The translations under genes and the position numbers were made by a program. From a virus, in IMG/VR virus record IMGVR_UViG_3300004481_000333, positions 1-64,000 of that record: a stretch of DNA of 64,000 nucleotides. One strand, given 5' to 3'. Numbering within the stretch: the first letter of the stretch is position 1; each line of letters opens with the position of its first letter. Under the pieces are notes generated by a model. The model had not been told where the DNA came from. It was given only the letters and a program-made list of their open reading frames with translations, and did not search any database. Of the stretch, positions 1 through 9,138 are shown piece by piece.

Positions 1-35
1 GCCAGCGGCGTATCGGATCAACAGCTCTTCTGCGG

Positions 36-398
36 TCACGGCCGCCACCCTTTCGGTGGCGTCCAGTGCGCCTCCTTGGCCTTGATCGCCCAGTCGGGCC
101 ATGGCTTGCCCGACGCCACTGCGAGCGCGATGGCGGCTAGCGCTGATTGTGCCTGCTGGCGCGTCTCCCAGACGTACCTGTGATGGTCGAATTCCGCTCC
201 AGATTCTCGGCAGCACTTGTCAGCGATCCATGACAACCATTGGTTTGGGTCCGTTGGAGGATCTTTTGGCTGACGATCTTCGCCGACCCACAGATTGATC
301 TGTCCGAACTCTGGGTCTTCCCATCCGATGGCCCACGAGTCGCGCTCGCCATCGACCACCAGGCAAAATCCCTCGGAGTCCTGCACTCTCTTGGCCAT
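36..398 (-). CDS. hypothetical phage protein
   Basis: 120-aa ATG ORF, Trp-rich, divergent from the main + operon. Confidence 0.6.
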   Translation of the reverse strand: MAKRVQDSEGFCLVVDGERDSWAIGWEDPEFGQINLWVGEDRQPKDPPTDPNQWLSWIADKCCRESGAEFDHHRYVWETRQQAQSALAAIALAVASGKPWPDWAIKAKEAHWTPPKGWRP

Positions 399-540
399 GA
401 CGCCGGTCCCAAAGCACCAACCGTGCCACGCCCCAAAGCGTCCGGAAACCGCCTACCAGATGCACCAGATGCGTCACCGTGTTCGCGCCATAGTTTTGCG
501 AATCTGTCCGGAATACTTCGTCATATCAAGCACTTGTGTT

Positions 541-560
541 GTGCGAACTGAACTTCGCAC
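541..560. promoter_or_regulatory. candidate operator palindrome in divergent intergenic region
   Basis: GTGCGAA-N6-TTCGCAC perfect inverted repeat in the AT-richer gap between divergent ORFs, upstream of an HTH gene. Confidence 0.4.
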
Positions 561-620
561 TGGGAAGCGCTGTTCGCGCCAGCGGACCTCAGGAATGGCC
601 GAAATACTTGTGGCACGGAT

Positions 621-857
621 TTGGCTTGCCGCTCACCCGTGCGTAGCGTCGCGAGCCAAAAAATCCAGATCTGGTTGTCCATGGAACATCTGTCACGCGA
701 GCAGGCGGCGTACCAGCTAGGCTGCACGGTCACGCAGCTCGGCCTCGCGCTGCAGTCAAGTTGGATGCCACCCGTCGCGGACCTGTGCCTGTGGCAGGAG
801 GTCACTGGGATCGACCCTGCGGAGTGGCTGTCGAAGGACGAGGAGAACGAGTCGTGA
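621..857 (+). CDS. Cro/XRE-like HTH regulator
   Basis: LSREQAAYQLGCTVTQL...WMPPV...QEVTGIDPAEW matches the XRE HTH pattern; first gene of the operon. Confidence 0.6.
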   Translation: MACRSPVRSVASQKIQIWLSMEHLSREQAAYQLGCTVTQLGLALQSSWMPPVADLCLWQEVTGIDPAEWLSKDEENES

Positions 858-1066
858 AACAACGCATCCTGGACGCTGTGCGGTCTGCTCAGGGGCCCAT
901 CGGTAGTCTGGACCTGGCAACTGCGCTGGGGATTCAGTTGGGCAGCTGCCAGCGACACGAGCTGGACGCCCTGTGTCACGCGATGGGCGAGCTCCTGCTA
1001 GAGGGAAAGCTCAAATACCACCACGAGTCCATGGGGTTCGTGGTCGGTCCTGAGAGGTCAAAGTAG
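854..1066 (+). CDS. small winged-helix-like protein
   Basis: GTGA overlap with the upstream stop; ILDAVR...SLDLATALG...LLLEGKL pattern. Confidence 0.5.
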   Translation: MKQRILDAVRSAQGPIGSLDLATALGIQLGSCQRHELDALCHAMGELLLEGKLKYHHESMGFVVGPERSK

Positions 1067-1071
1067 GATTC

Positions 1072-1389
1072 ATGACTGTGCCCACGTATCGGATCAAGAT
1101 CATTGGTGAGGACTGCGAGTGCGAAGCGTGCCGGAATCGTGCTGCATCCCCAGATGCTGAACGCACAGGTGGAACGATGATTGAACTCGAGACACCGAGT
1201 CTGAAGCTTGCGTTTCCAAACGCCGGCTCTCATCGGGTAGAGCTGGTGCGGTTGGTGGGGTGGACCCGAGATGGGATATCTGGCGCAACGCTGACCACGT
1301 GGTGGACGCCGTTCGAAGACTGGGTTGGTGCGAGACCATTGGGATCACGCGGTTGGTTTGAGATGTGTCCAGCGGAGAAGGATCCATGA
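1072..1389 (+). CDS. hypothetical protein (CxCxxC)
   Basis: ATG ORF in operon. Confidence 0.55.
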   Translation: MTVPTYRIKIIGEDCECEACRNRAASPDAERTGGTMIELETPSLKLAFPNAGSHRVELVRLVGWTRDGISGATLTTWWTPFEDWVGARPLGSRGWFEMCPAEKDP

Positions 1390-1466
1390 TCGACCGCATC
1401 GTGTGGGCTATCATCGTCGCGTTGGCCACTCTGGCGCTGGGCGTTGGGATAGGAGCACTACTGTGA
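1386..1466 (+). CDS. small membrane peptide MIDRIVWAIIVALATLALGVGIGALL
   Basis: ATGA-coupled 26-aa hydrophobic ORF read by hand; not in the ORF track. Confidence 0.5.
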   Translation: MIDRIVWAIIVALATLALGVGIGALL

Positions 1467-1564
1467 CGCGTGAAACCGAAGACTTGTTGTTCGGCTACTC
1501 GATCCTGTTCCTCACCACGGTGGCAGTCTCGTGGTTCGGGATGGCAATCATGGGGTGGTGGTGA
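1463..1564 (+). CDS. small membrane peptide
   Basis: GTGA-coupled 33-aa ORF with one TM helix (LLFGYSILFLTTVAVSWFGMAIMGWW). Confidence 0.5.
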   Translation: MTRETEDLLFGYSILFLTTVAVSWFGMAIMGWW

Positions 1565-2028
1565 TGGCGAAGTCAAAGCACTATGCCTTCCCCCTCTACC
1601 GGACCCGACTCTACCGGGAACGCCGGTGTCTCATCCCGGTCGGCATGCCTGTCGTGAATTCCGCCGAAGTGCCGGCTGCCATCGCGCTGCACATCATCGG
1701 GGACTCTCCTGTCGAGAAAATGCTGGTGATCTACCGAGGTCCGGCGGACGATTACCGTGGCTGCGAGATCGTGGCCATGGGCAACATGGAAGCTTCCGGA
1801 TTCAGTCCTCGAGATCTGTTCCGTGGCGCCATCGTGGCGAACGCGCTAGGCATCATTCTCGCCCACAATCACCCCAGCGGGGACGTGCGGCCGAGCACCG
1901 ACGACATTGAGACGACCCGCAAGGCCAAGCTTGCTGGATCCCTGCTAGGGATCGACGTGGTCGACCACGTGATCGTCTCCGCCGCGGGCGACTGGCACAG
2001 TCTTGTAAACGCAGGAGAGATGCCGTGA
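1564..2028 (+). CDS. RadC-like JAB/MPN domain protein
   Basis: E...PRDLFRGAI..NA..IILAHNHPSGDVRPSTDD...LLGIDVVDHVIV, the JAB metal motif. Confidence 0.9.
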   Translation: MAKSKHYAFPLYRTRLYRERRCLIPVGMPVVNSAEVPAAIALHIIGDSPVEKMLVIYRGPADDYRGCEIVAMGNMEASGFSPRDLFRGAIVANALGIILAHNHPSGDVRPSTDDIETTRKAKLAGSLLGIDVVDHVIVSAAGDWHSLVNAGEMP

Positions 2029-2354
2029 AAGCAACAGCTAAAAACACTAGCGGTATTGAACTGATCCGATCCGAGCGGGAGCGACAGATACTGGATGAGG
2101 GATACGACAAGTATCACGACGACTGCCACACGCGGGAAGAGATTGCGTGGGCAGCCGCGTGCTACGCGGCCCCGGAAGAAATCTGGCGACGTGATACTGC
2201 GTCGCGTGATTTCCTTCTTAAGGATCCGTGGCCGTTCGATTGGTACGACAAGCGCCCTGTAGATCCGACTCCGGAACAGCGCATCCGGTCCCTTGTGAAG
2301 GCGGGGGCCCTGTGCGCAGCCGAGATCGACCGCTTGCTGAGGAGGTCGCGATGA
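2025..2354 (+). CDS. conserved phage hypothetical protein
   Basis: ERERQI..EGY...HDD...AAACYA...WP...LVKAGAL.AAEIDRL pattern common in phages. Confidence 0.7.
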   Translation: MKATAKNTSGIELIRSERERQILDEGYDKYHDDCHTREEIAWAAACYAAPEEIWRRDTASRDFLLKDPWPFDWYDKRPVDPTPEQRIRSLVKAGALCAAEIDRLLRRSR

Positions 2355-2773
2355 TCCCAGACGAAGAAGAGCTTCCGGTAGGGATCGCGGGAGACCGGAT
2401 GGAGCGATCGCTTGCCGGATTCAAGCAGGCATGTGGCGTCTTGATAGCAGAGGAACAGGAAAGACCTCTCCCGAACAATGCCCTGATCGGGGTGTTGCGC
2501 GATGGTGTTCAACTGGCTCGCGAACTAGACGAGAGGGGGCCGATGATGCCATCTTTTGCAACCGAGATGCGCCTCATGACGCTGGCGCGCGACAAGTGCT
2601 TGGAGCAGATTCGACTCCTAGAACACAATCGCGACGAGGCTCGCCGCTGGAACGAGTCGCACATCAAGCGCCTCGAGGACGAGATCAAGCGGCTACGCTC
2701 CGAGCTCGAGGCAGCAAAGACGTGGCAACACGCTTACCAGAAGGGCGCCACCAAACGGAGGATCGTTGGCTGA
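2351..2773 (+). CDS. coiled-coil hypothetical protein
   Basis: GGAGG SD, ATGA coupling, heptad-rich C-terminus. Confidence 0.6.
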   Translation: MIPDEEELPVGIAGDRMERSLAGFKQACGVLIAEEQERPLPNNALIGVLRDGVQLARELDERGPMMPSFATEMRLMTLARDKCLEQIRLLEHNRDEARRWNESHIKRLEDEIKRLRSELEAAKTWQHAYQKGATKRRIVG

Positions 2774-3024
2774 TGGACTGGAAACCGTTGCTCCGGTGCG
2801 GGGAGTGTTCGTGCGCGGCTGGGCCGTGGCACGAGGGAACCGAGAAACCACCCGACGTCGCGGGAGTGCATCTGGTATACCTCGGAGAGGGTTGGTACAA
2901 AATTGTGCAATGGACCGGGTCGTTCTGGTTCGATGAATTCGACCCACATTTACGTCCATTACCAGACGGGATAGTCCTACAATGGGCTTCTGTTCATGTC
3001 CTGAATGATAGGATATCGCGATGA
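2773..3024 (+). CDS. hypothetical protein (DUF551-like)
   Basis: PWH...KPP...VHLVY...W....VLQWASV pattern. Confidence 0.5.
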   Translation: MDWKPLLRCGECSCAAGPWHEGTEKPPDVAGVHLVYLGEGWYKIVQWTGSFWFDEFDPHLRPLPDGIVLQWASVHVLNDRISR

Positions 3025-3356
3025 TGATCCGATCCAGGCCCGCGACCGACGCATACCGCAAAGGGTGGGAAGCTACCTTCGCCAAGGATGGTTGCGTAGG
3101 CCTCAACAAATATTGTCTCAGCTGGTGGGTACCCGTGGATCTGTACTACCAATTCAAGCGCAATTGGGACGATCCAGTGTTGATACTTGGGCAACGCGGG
3201 ACGGAACGGGGTTTGGATGCCTTCGAGGTCATTGTGGTAGTTCGGGCCGAGTCCGAAGAGAAGGCACGCCAAAAGATTTTGGATGCACATGGTATTCCCG
3301 TGGAACTCGAGTGGATAAAGCCGCGTTGGAATCCACAGAATCAAGCCAATGACTAA
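3021..3356 (+). CDS. hypothetical protein, paralog of 3563-3892
   Basis: shares SWW.P..LY and AESE..AR.KI..AH..PVELEW with the downstream gene. Confidence 0.65.
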   Translation: MMIRSRPATDAYRKGWEATFAKDGCVGLNKYCLSWWVPVDLYYQFKRNWDDPVLILGQRGTERGLDAFEVIVVVRAESEEKARQKILDAHGIPVELEWIKPRWNPQNQAND

Positions 3357-3405
3357 GACCGCCATCGCCTGGACCAACGCGCGACACCGTCACGAGGGCT
3401 CATGA
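3349..3405 (+). pseudogene. truncated 5' copy of the DUF5131 gene
   Basis: MTKTAIAWTN... versus MAKTTIAWTD... at 3892; stops after 18 aa. Confidence 0.6.
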
Positions 3406-3563
3406 GACCCGGAGTATTTGTTCACCACCGCTTGGGCTACGGGGCACCACGGATGCTGGTTGTGCGCGTCTTCGGTCCCAAAGCTGTGGATCCGCGCCTT
3501 GTCCTGTGCGTTTGGACTAGCGGCATCGGGTACTGGCTGCGCGCAAACTTGGAGCAATTCTGA
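3402..3563 (+). CDS. small protein, possibly YodC/DUF2158-like
   Basis: 53-aa ORF MRPGVFVHHRLGYGAPRMLV...VLCVW, coupled at both ends; read by hand. Confidence 0.5.
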   Translation: MRPGVFVHHRLGYGAPRMLVVRVFGPKAVDPRLVLCVWTSGIGYWLRANLEQF

Positions 3564-3892
3564 TGGTCAAGACATTCCAGCCATATTGGGTCAGCTGGTG
3601 GGAGCCGTGGGAGCTCTATTTTGCGTTTGAGTGGCACGGACCATGGTGGGTATCGGGAGAACGCGATGTGTCTACTAGCCTAAACCAAATCCTACCGGTG
3701 GACCTATCGATTTGCGCGGCCGTCATGGCCGAGTCGGAAGATCAGGCCCGATCAAAGATCACGAATGCGCATGACAATCCAGTGGAACTTGAGTGGCGGT
3801 TCGTGACCGCAAAGCCTGCGGATTGGTCTCCATTCAACGATCGCTTCACGCGCAGAGATTGGATGAACTGGCCGTGGCCAGTGGAGGAGTGA
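3563..3892 (+). CDS. hypothetical protein, paralog of 3021-3356
   Basis: 109-aa Trp-rich ORF, TGATG coupling. Confidence 0.7.
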   Translation: MVKTFQPYWVSWWEPWELYFAFEWHGPWWVSGERDVSTSLNQILPVDLSICAAVMAESEDQARSKITNAHDNPVELEWRFVTAKPADWSPFNDRFTRRDWMNWPWPVEE

Positions 3893-4737
3893 TGGCAAAG
3901 ACCACCATCGCCTGGACCGACTACAGCTGGCCCGTGATCAATGGGTGCCACAGGGTCAGCTTGGGGTGTTCGCAATGCTACGCCGAGCGTCTGACCGCTA
4001 CGCGGCTCCGGCACGTGCCGCGATACCAAGGTCTCGCGGAGTGGCGCAACGGGTACCCGCACTGGACGGGTGAGAGCAGACTGGACCGCGACGAGCTGTA
4101 CAAGCCGTTTCGCTGGAAGCGGCACAGACGTGTGTTCGTCTGCCAGATGGGTGACCTGTTCTACGAACGAAACACGGACGAACAGATTGTTGAGGTGTTC
4201 GGCGTCATGGCGGCATGTCAACAGCACCAGTTTCAGGTGCTGACGAAGCGGCCGGAACGTGCACTGGATGTGTTGACGACCACCCAATTCGCGGCGCAGG
4301 AAATCGACTTCGCTGACAACCTAGTTTGGGACAAACTCACGTGGGTTTGGCCCCTGCCAAACGTCCACATGCTGACGTCTGTCGAGCATCAGGCAACGCT
4401 GGAACCGCGCATGAAGGCACTGGTACGGCTCCCAGCGGTCATGCGGGGACTGAGCGTCGAGCCCATGCTGGGTCCGGTGGATCTTGAAGCGGTGTCTCCT
4501 CCCATGCTCGATCTCCTGGGTTGGATCATCATCGGGTGCGAGAGTGGTCCGGGGCGCCGGCCATGTCGGATCGAATGGGTAAAGGCGCTGGTCGAGCAAT
4601 GCAGGCGGCATCGGATTCCGTGCTTCGTCAAGCAGCTGGATTTGGACGGCCGTGTCTCGCATGACCCAGCCGAGTGGCCAAAGTGGGCCCGAGTGCGGGA
4701 GATGCCTAGACCGATCGAAGGGAGATGGAACCGATGA
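3892..4737 (+). CDS. DUF5131 (phage Gp37/Gp68) family protein
   Basis: TTIAWTD.SW..INGCHRVSLGCSQCYAE, VFVCQMGDLF, FQVLTKRP, LSVEPMLGPVDL, WIIIGCESG, FVKQL. Confidence 0.9.
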   Translation: MAKTTIAWTDYSWPVINGCHRVSLGCSQCYAERLTATRLRHVPRYQGLAEWRNGYPHWTGESRLDRDELYKPFRWKRHRRVFVCQMGDLFYERNTDEQIVEVFGVMAACQQHQFQVLTKRPERALDVLTTTQFAAQEIDFADNLVWDKLTWVWPLPNVHMLTSVEHQATLEPRMKALVRLPAVMRGLSVEPMLGPVDLEAVSPPMLDLLGWIIIGCESGPGRRPCRIEWVKALVEQCRRHRIPCFVKQLDLDGRVSHDPAEWPKWARVREMPRPIEGRWNR

Positions 4738-4964
4738 CCGGGAAGGCCCAGTCGGGATGGCAAAAGCGGACATACAGATCATGGTACTGGTTCGATGCGA
4801 AGACCGGCACGTGCCGAGGGATTGTTTCCTACGATCCGACATTGGCGGGGTTCGATCCTGCAAAACCGTGGTGGAAGGCATTGACCCCGGGATGCACGAC
4901 GTTCCACTCGAGCGAACAACAAGCGCTGGACGCGGCCACAGAAAGGCTGACGGAGAAATCGTGA
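4725..4964 (+). CDS. hypothetical protein
   Basis: 79-aa ORF coupled in operon. Confidence 0.55.
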   Translation: MEPMTGKAQSGWQKRTYRSWYWFDAKTGTCRGIVSYDPTLAGFDPAKPWWKALTPGCTTFHSSEQQALDAATERLTEKS

Positions 4965-5034
4965 GCGAAGGCACGATCCAGCAAGTCCTGACGGGACAGG
5001 CCACTTGGTGCCTAGTCCAGGGTAAGCGTTTCCA

Positions 5035-5613
5035 ATGATCCAAAACTCCCATATCACGCGCCACCTACTCAAGCTTCGCATCATCGCCCTAGACCCGGGA
5101 CTAGGTCAGGCTCGCCCCGGCTACGGCACGGGTGTCGTGATTCTGGAGTGCGGCAACGACGCGCCGCGGTGGGTTTGCCTGCACTCCGAGCTCCTGGAGA
5201 ACCGAACGGACCGCATGACCGACAGCGAGATCGCGTGGTACACTGCCGTCAGTATCAGCTGGATCGCGGCGACATGGTCGCCTCTGGACCTCGGAGTGCT
5301 TGAGACCGTGGAGTACCAGGGGGCCAAGCGGGCACAGCAGACCATCCGGCTCTCGCTCCTGGTGGGGGAAGTTCGGCACGCGCTGACGCTTGCTATCGGG
5401 GATCGTACCTGCATCGTGGAGCCTCGACGTACCCAGGTCATGAGGCACCTCGGAGTTCCGCGTGCCGACCAAGCGGAACGGTTCGTGCGCCGCCTAGTGA
5501 AGGGCGTGGGACCAAGCGAGCATGAGGCATCGGCAGCAGCGGCTGGCTTAGTTGGGTTCGAGATGTGGAGACGGCTGCAGGTCAAGGCAACCGCACGAAA
5601 GACGAAGACGTGA
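5035..5613 (+). CDS. RuvC-like Holliday junction resolvase
   Basis: RIIALDPG...GTGVV, GVLE, PRRTQV and HEASAAAAG RNase H-fold motifs. Confidence 0.7.
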   Translation: MIQNSHITRHLLKLRIIALDPGLGQARPGYGTGVVILECGNDAPRWVCLHSELLENRTDRMTDSEIAWYTAVSISWIAATWSPLDLGVLETVEYQGAKRAQQTIRLSLLVGEVRHALTLAIGDRTCIVEPRRTQVMRHLGVPRADQAERFVRRLVKGVGPSEHEASAAAAGLVGFEMWRRLQVKATARKTKT

Positions 5614-6158
5614 CAAGCGCAACTACCGAGACTCTCTACAGCCACGACGGCTCCCGTTGGGCAACGTTCGGTCGGGAGCTGAAGCCCGACGGATCCCGAA
5701 TGTATCGGTACGAGCTGACGATCATGTTACAGACGGAACTGTTCAACCAATCTCCCCATCTGGTGGCGTTCCTGATGTGCAATCCTTCCGTCGCGACGCA
5801 CGAGAAGAACGATCCCACCGTTGCGCGATGCGTCGACTTCGCAAATCGATGGGGATACTCGGGACTAGTGGTCCAGAATCTGGACGCCTACATCACGCCG
5901 TATCCGACCGAACTGGGACAGGTTCAGGACCCAGTGGGACCCGAGAATGATCGGTTCATTCAATCTCTGGCAGACCGCAAGATCGATGTCGTGTGCGCGT
6001 GGGGTGTGCAACCGCTCATCCTTCCACGATCCTACCAGGTTGCCAGAATGCTACAGCACACACGACTTTGGTGTCTCGGCACCACCGGCCGAGGTTATCC
6101 CAAGCATCCACTCTACCTAAAGCGCGATACCAAGCGTGTTCGATGGAGTCCACAATGA
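5610..6158 (+). CDS. DUF1643 family protein
   Basis: YRYEL, MCNPSVA...NDPTVARC, GPEND, VVCAWG, PKHPLY. Confidence 0.85.
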   Translation: MTSATTETLYSHDGSRWATFGRELKPDGSRMYRYELTIMLQTELFNQSPHLVAFLMCNPSVATHEKNDPTVARCVDFANRWGYSGLVVQNLDAYITPYPTELGQVQDPVGPENDRFIQSLADRKIDVVCAWGVQPLILPRSYQVARMLQHTRLWCLGTTGRGYPKHPLYLKRDTKRVRWSPQ

Positions 6159-6505
6159 AGCTAGTCTACGTCGCAGGGCCCTACAACGCCCCCACAGATT
6201 GGGAGCGCGAGAACAACATCTGGCACGCCCGTTCCGCGGGTGCTCAGGTGGTGATGCACGGCGCTTACCCAGTCATTCCCCACGCCAACACGGCGCACTT
6301 CGGCGGACTGGCGGACGAAGAGCTCTTTTACGCCGGATCCATGGCGCTTCTGGAGGCGTGCCACGGAATTCTGCTTCTCAACGGCTGGAATGTCAGCAAG
6401 GGGGCACAAAGCGAATTTGCGCGCGCAGTTGAGCTTGGACAGCTGGTGTTCCAAGAAGTACTACCATCCGATTGGTTGGCAATGAAGGAATGGGCGCAGT
6501 CATGA
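6155..6505 (+). CDS. DUF4406/nucleoside 2-deoxyribosyltransferase-like protein
   Basis: LVYVAGPY...PVIPH...LEACHGILLLNGWNVSKGAQSE. Confidence 0.8.
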   Translation: MKLVYVAGPYNAPTDWERENNIWHARSAGAQVVMHGAYPVIPHANTAHFGGLADEELFYAGSMALLEACHGILLLNGWNVSKGAQSEFARAVELGQLVFQEVLPSDWLAMKEWAQS

Positions 6506-6696
6506 ACGAAGACGACAAAACGATAAGCCAGATGCAGAAGCTATCGATTAGCAAGCTGTTTATGCCAGGCTATCTAGTGGCTGCGTCGGTCGAGCTTCAA
6601 AGGTCACGAGAGCTCATCGCGGTGTTGAAACGGTTCTGTGATACGGTCGAATGTCCCGACTATGTGCATTGCGCTTGGGAAGAGTTCGAAAAGTGA
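6502..6696 (+). CDS. hypothetical protein
   Basis: ATGA-coupled ORF. Confidence 0.5.
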   Translation: MNEDDKTISQMQKLSISKLFMPGYLVAASVELQRSRELIAVLKRFCDTVECPDYVHCAWEEFEK

Positions 6697-7325
6697 ACCA
6701 TCACCTTCACCGCTGGTTCTCCCAGGTCAGGGTCTTCCTGGACACCTTGCCCGAAGGCGCCACCACGACCGACGTCGCACGCGCGCTGGATCCGAACCCC
6801 GACACGTGGGCGTGCTCCCAGGCGCGTCTGTCGAACGCGAGCAAGGACGGGGATCTGTCGGTGCATGGAATTTCGCGCCTTCACTTCCGGTCCGACCACC
6901 CGCGCGGAACCTACGTCTACTACACCCGAGAGCACGCAGAACGGGTCGCATCATCGGTCCGGACGTGCCAAGCGTGTGGCATCATGCAACCGGTCTTGAC
7001 CTTTTCAGTCACGCACCGGGGCACTACCGAACTTAGCCAGGTCTGCAATGCCTGCCGGGACGCTGGCCACATGAAGACCAAGCGAGTGGTAGACGCGGAA
7101 CGAAAGCGAATGTGGCGTCTGATCCACCAATCCGAGAGGGCGAGGGGAACGGGTGCCAGAACGGGACAGGAGTACGAGACCCCTCGGCGCCGGGTCAAGG
7201 TCTGCAAGACCTGCTGGAACGCGCCATGGCGGCTCAGGGAGCCGTGCCCAACGTGTGGCGCCAAGCCACGACTCGAGGCGGTCGCGAAGAACTACGCCCC
7301 GACTGGGGTACAGTGGGACTTCTGA
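6693..7325 (+). CDS. Zn-finger protein
   Basis: four CxxC pairs (CQAC, CNAC, CKTC, CPTC). Confidence 0.6.
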   Translation: MNHHLHRWFSQVRVFLDTLPEGATTTDVARALDPNPDTWACSQARLSNASKDGDLSVHGISRLHFRSDHPRGTYVYYTREHAERVASSVRTCQACGIMQPVLTFSVTHRGTTELSQVCNACRDAGHMKTKRVVDAERKRMWRLIHQSERARGTGARTGQEYETPRRRVKVCKTCWNAPWRLREPCPTCGAKPRLEAVAKNYAPTGVQWDF

Positions 7326-7373
7326 AACCAAGGTCAATCCGATGATTGACCCCCCAAACGCTGAAAGGAAGTC

Positions 7374-7688
7374 ATGGCAAAAAAGCATGCTGACATGGAG
7401 CAAGGACGCGAGTGGATCCGAGGCGAGTCGAACTTCGGCCGGCGCCGGTGGACATTTCGCGATTGCGACGGGGAATACTGCTTCCTACAAGACTCTGGCG
7501 AGGTAGGTGTACCTCCTCGGTGTCGTCTAGGTCCGAACGAGGTTCGCCATCACCACGTAACCGGAGATCACCTTGCGTCGATCTACCTCGACCAGGAGCA
7601 GGCCCGGACGCTCGGGATGGCCCTGCTGCACTTTGCCGAGAAGGGCTACATGCCTGCCAAAGTCCGCAACCCACGAGGGTCCAGATAA
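7374..7688 (+). CDS. conserved phage hypothetical protein
   Basis: AAGGA SD; FRD.DG..CFLQDS...LG...LDQEQA...L.HFAEKG pattern. Confidence 0.65.
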   Translation: MAKKHADMEQGREWIRGESNFGRRRWTFRDCDGEYCFLQDSGEVGVPPRCRLGPNEVRHHHVTGDHLASIYLDQEQARTLGMALLHFAEKGYMPAKVRNPRGSR

Positions 7689-7712
7689 TCTCCAGAGCGA
7701 GGATATGGCGCC

Positions 7713-7946
7713 ATGATAAATCACCTCTACCCCACCTGGACCCGATCTGGCTGGGTCCGCAACCCCCGCACGGGGGAGTACCATCACCAGGAGTTCGGCG
7801 TCGTGTCGAAGGTGCTTTCCAGGTGGATGCTCGAGATCCCTACGGCCAACCGGGAGTCGCCCGAGAAGGCGACGCTGATTCGGAGAACCCGCTTTGACGC
7901 CATGAAGGCCGCTTCCGATCTGGCAAGAAGGAGTCAGAGCAAATGA
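7713..7946 (+). CDS. hypothetical protein
   Basis: GGAGG SD, ATG ORF. Confidence 0.55.
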   Translation: MINHLYPTWTRSGWVRNPRTGEYHHQEFGVVSKVLSRWMLEIPTANRESPEKATLIRRTRFDAMKAASDLARRSQSK

Positions 7947-8149
7947 CGCAACGACGGAAGACGTACACAATCCCCAAAACTCTCTGGGACGCGTGGGTGA
8001 AGGGGCGGAAAGTGTCACGTAAAAATCAGGCACTGATGTCCGAGATTGATGCCGCTCTGGACACACCCGGGACCCGCGTCCAGTTGACCATGTACGGACG
8101 GATCTTCCGCACGCTTGTGAGCGACGGGAAGGCCCTGGAGGAGAAATAG
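7943..8149 (+). CDS. hypothetical protein
   Basis: ATGA coupling, AGGAG SD. Confidence 0.55.
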   Translation: MTQRRKTYTIPKTLWDAWVKGRKVSRKNQALMSEIDAALDTPGTRVQLTMYGRIFRTLVSDGKALEEK

Positions 8150-8150
8150 A

Positions 8151-8636
8151 ATGCCAACCCTAATCAGAACCGTGCAACGTGAGATCATGGTAGCTATGAC
8201 GCCCGAGGAACTTGAGGAACTGGCGTCCAACATCGCCGACAAGTGCGCGCAGGCGGACGAACTCCGCGCTCGCATTGCCGAGCAGTCGGCGCCACTCAAG
8301 CGCGACCTCAAGCTTCTGGAGAAGGAACGCTTTAGCGCCTCCGAGAGCCGGAGGTCTGGCAAGACCAAGCGCCTGGTAGAGTGCGAGGAAATGCTAGTGG
8401 GGGATCGGGTGCAGGTCTTCCGCGCACACGAGCTGGTTGACGACCGACCCGCGACGGATGCGGACCGGCAGCTCGTGCTTGGGGAGCAGCGGCCCGCAGA
8501 AGAGGACCCGGTCTCGGTGGAGGAAAACGACCCAGACCAGAGTTCGACCAGCGGGAAGATGGTCCACATCCCGGCGCGCAAGCCACCCAAGACGGCGGTC
8601 CAGCAGGGGCCGCTCAAGAGAGGACGGAAGTCGTGA
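8151..8636 (+). CDS. hypothetical coiled-coil protein
   Basis: GGAGG SD; 161 aa. Confidence 0.65.
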   Translation: MPTLIRTVQREIMVAMTPEELEELASNIADKCAQADELRARIAEQSAPLKRDLKLLEKERFSASESRRSGKTKRLVECEEMLVGDRVQVFRAHELVDDRPATDADRQLVLGEQRPAEEDPVSVEENDPDQSSTSGKMVHIPARKPPKTAVQQGPLKRGRKS

Positions 8637-8836
8637 CCATCAACCAAGGTAAAGGAAATCGACCCGTCGTCACGATCGAGAACATGCATGTCTCAACCGA
8701 GGCTGACGTTTGGGAAGAGCGGCGTGGAGATCTGAAGGTGCGAGTCGACCTGACAGCACTCGGAGGATCCAACGAGAACTCCTCCACCTTTCCTGAGGAG
8801 ATAGTGTCCACTGGCGAAAGAGAGAAGAACAGATGA
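8633..8836 (+). CDS. hypothetical protein
   Basis: GTGA coupling. Confidence 0.5.
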   Translation: MTINQGKGNRPVVTIENMHVSTEADVWEERRGDLKVRVDLTALGGSNENSSTFPEEIVSTGEREKNR

Positions 8837-9138
8837 TCGTCTACCACGCTACAGGCACGCGGCCCATAGCGGTCGAGTGCTCAGAGCCTGGATACCCGAA
8901 CGTAGACTCCAACGGGGAAATGATGTCAGATAACACCCATTTCTCAACGGAGGGTGAAGCATGGGAAGCGCTCCGTTGTGAGCTGAAGGCGGGAGTCTAC
9001 TTGGCAGCACGCCGAGTTACCGATTCTAGGAAGGAGCTGGATCAGTACACTACCTACCTGGCAGACTGCACGCTTGAGTGGGTCTCGTGCGAGCGAGAGT
9101 TTGAGAAGTGGGTCCGCGACTTGAAGGACAGCGAATGA
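8833..9138 (+). CDS. hypothetical protein
   Basis: ATGA coupling, 101 aa. Confidence 0.6.
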   Translation: MIVYHATGTRPIAVECSEPGYPNVDSNGEMMSDNTHFSTEGEAWEALRCELKAGVYLAARRVTDSRKELDQYTTYLADCTLEWVSCEREFEKWVRDLKDSE

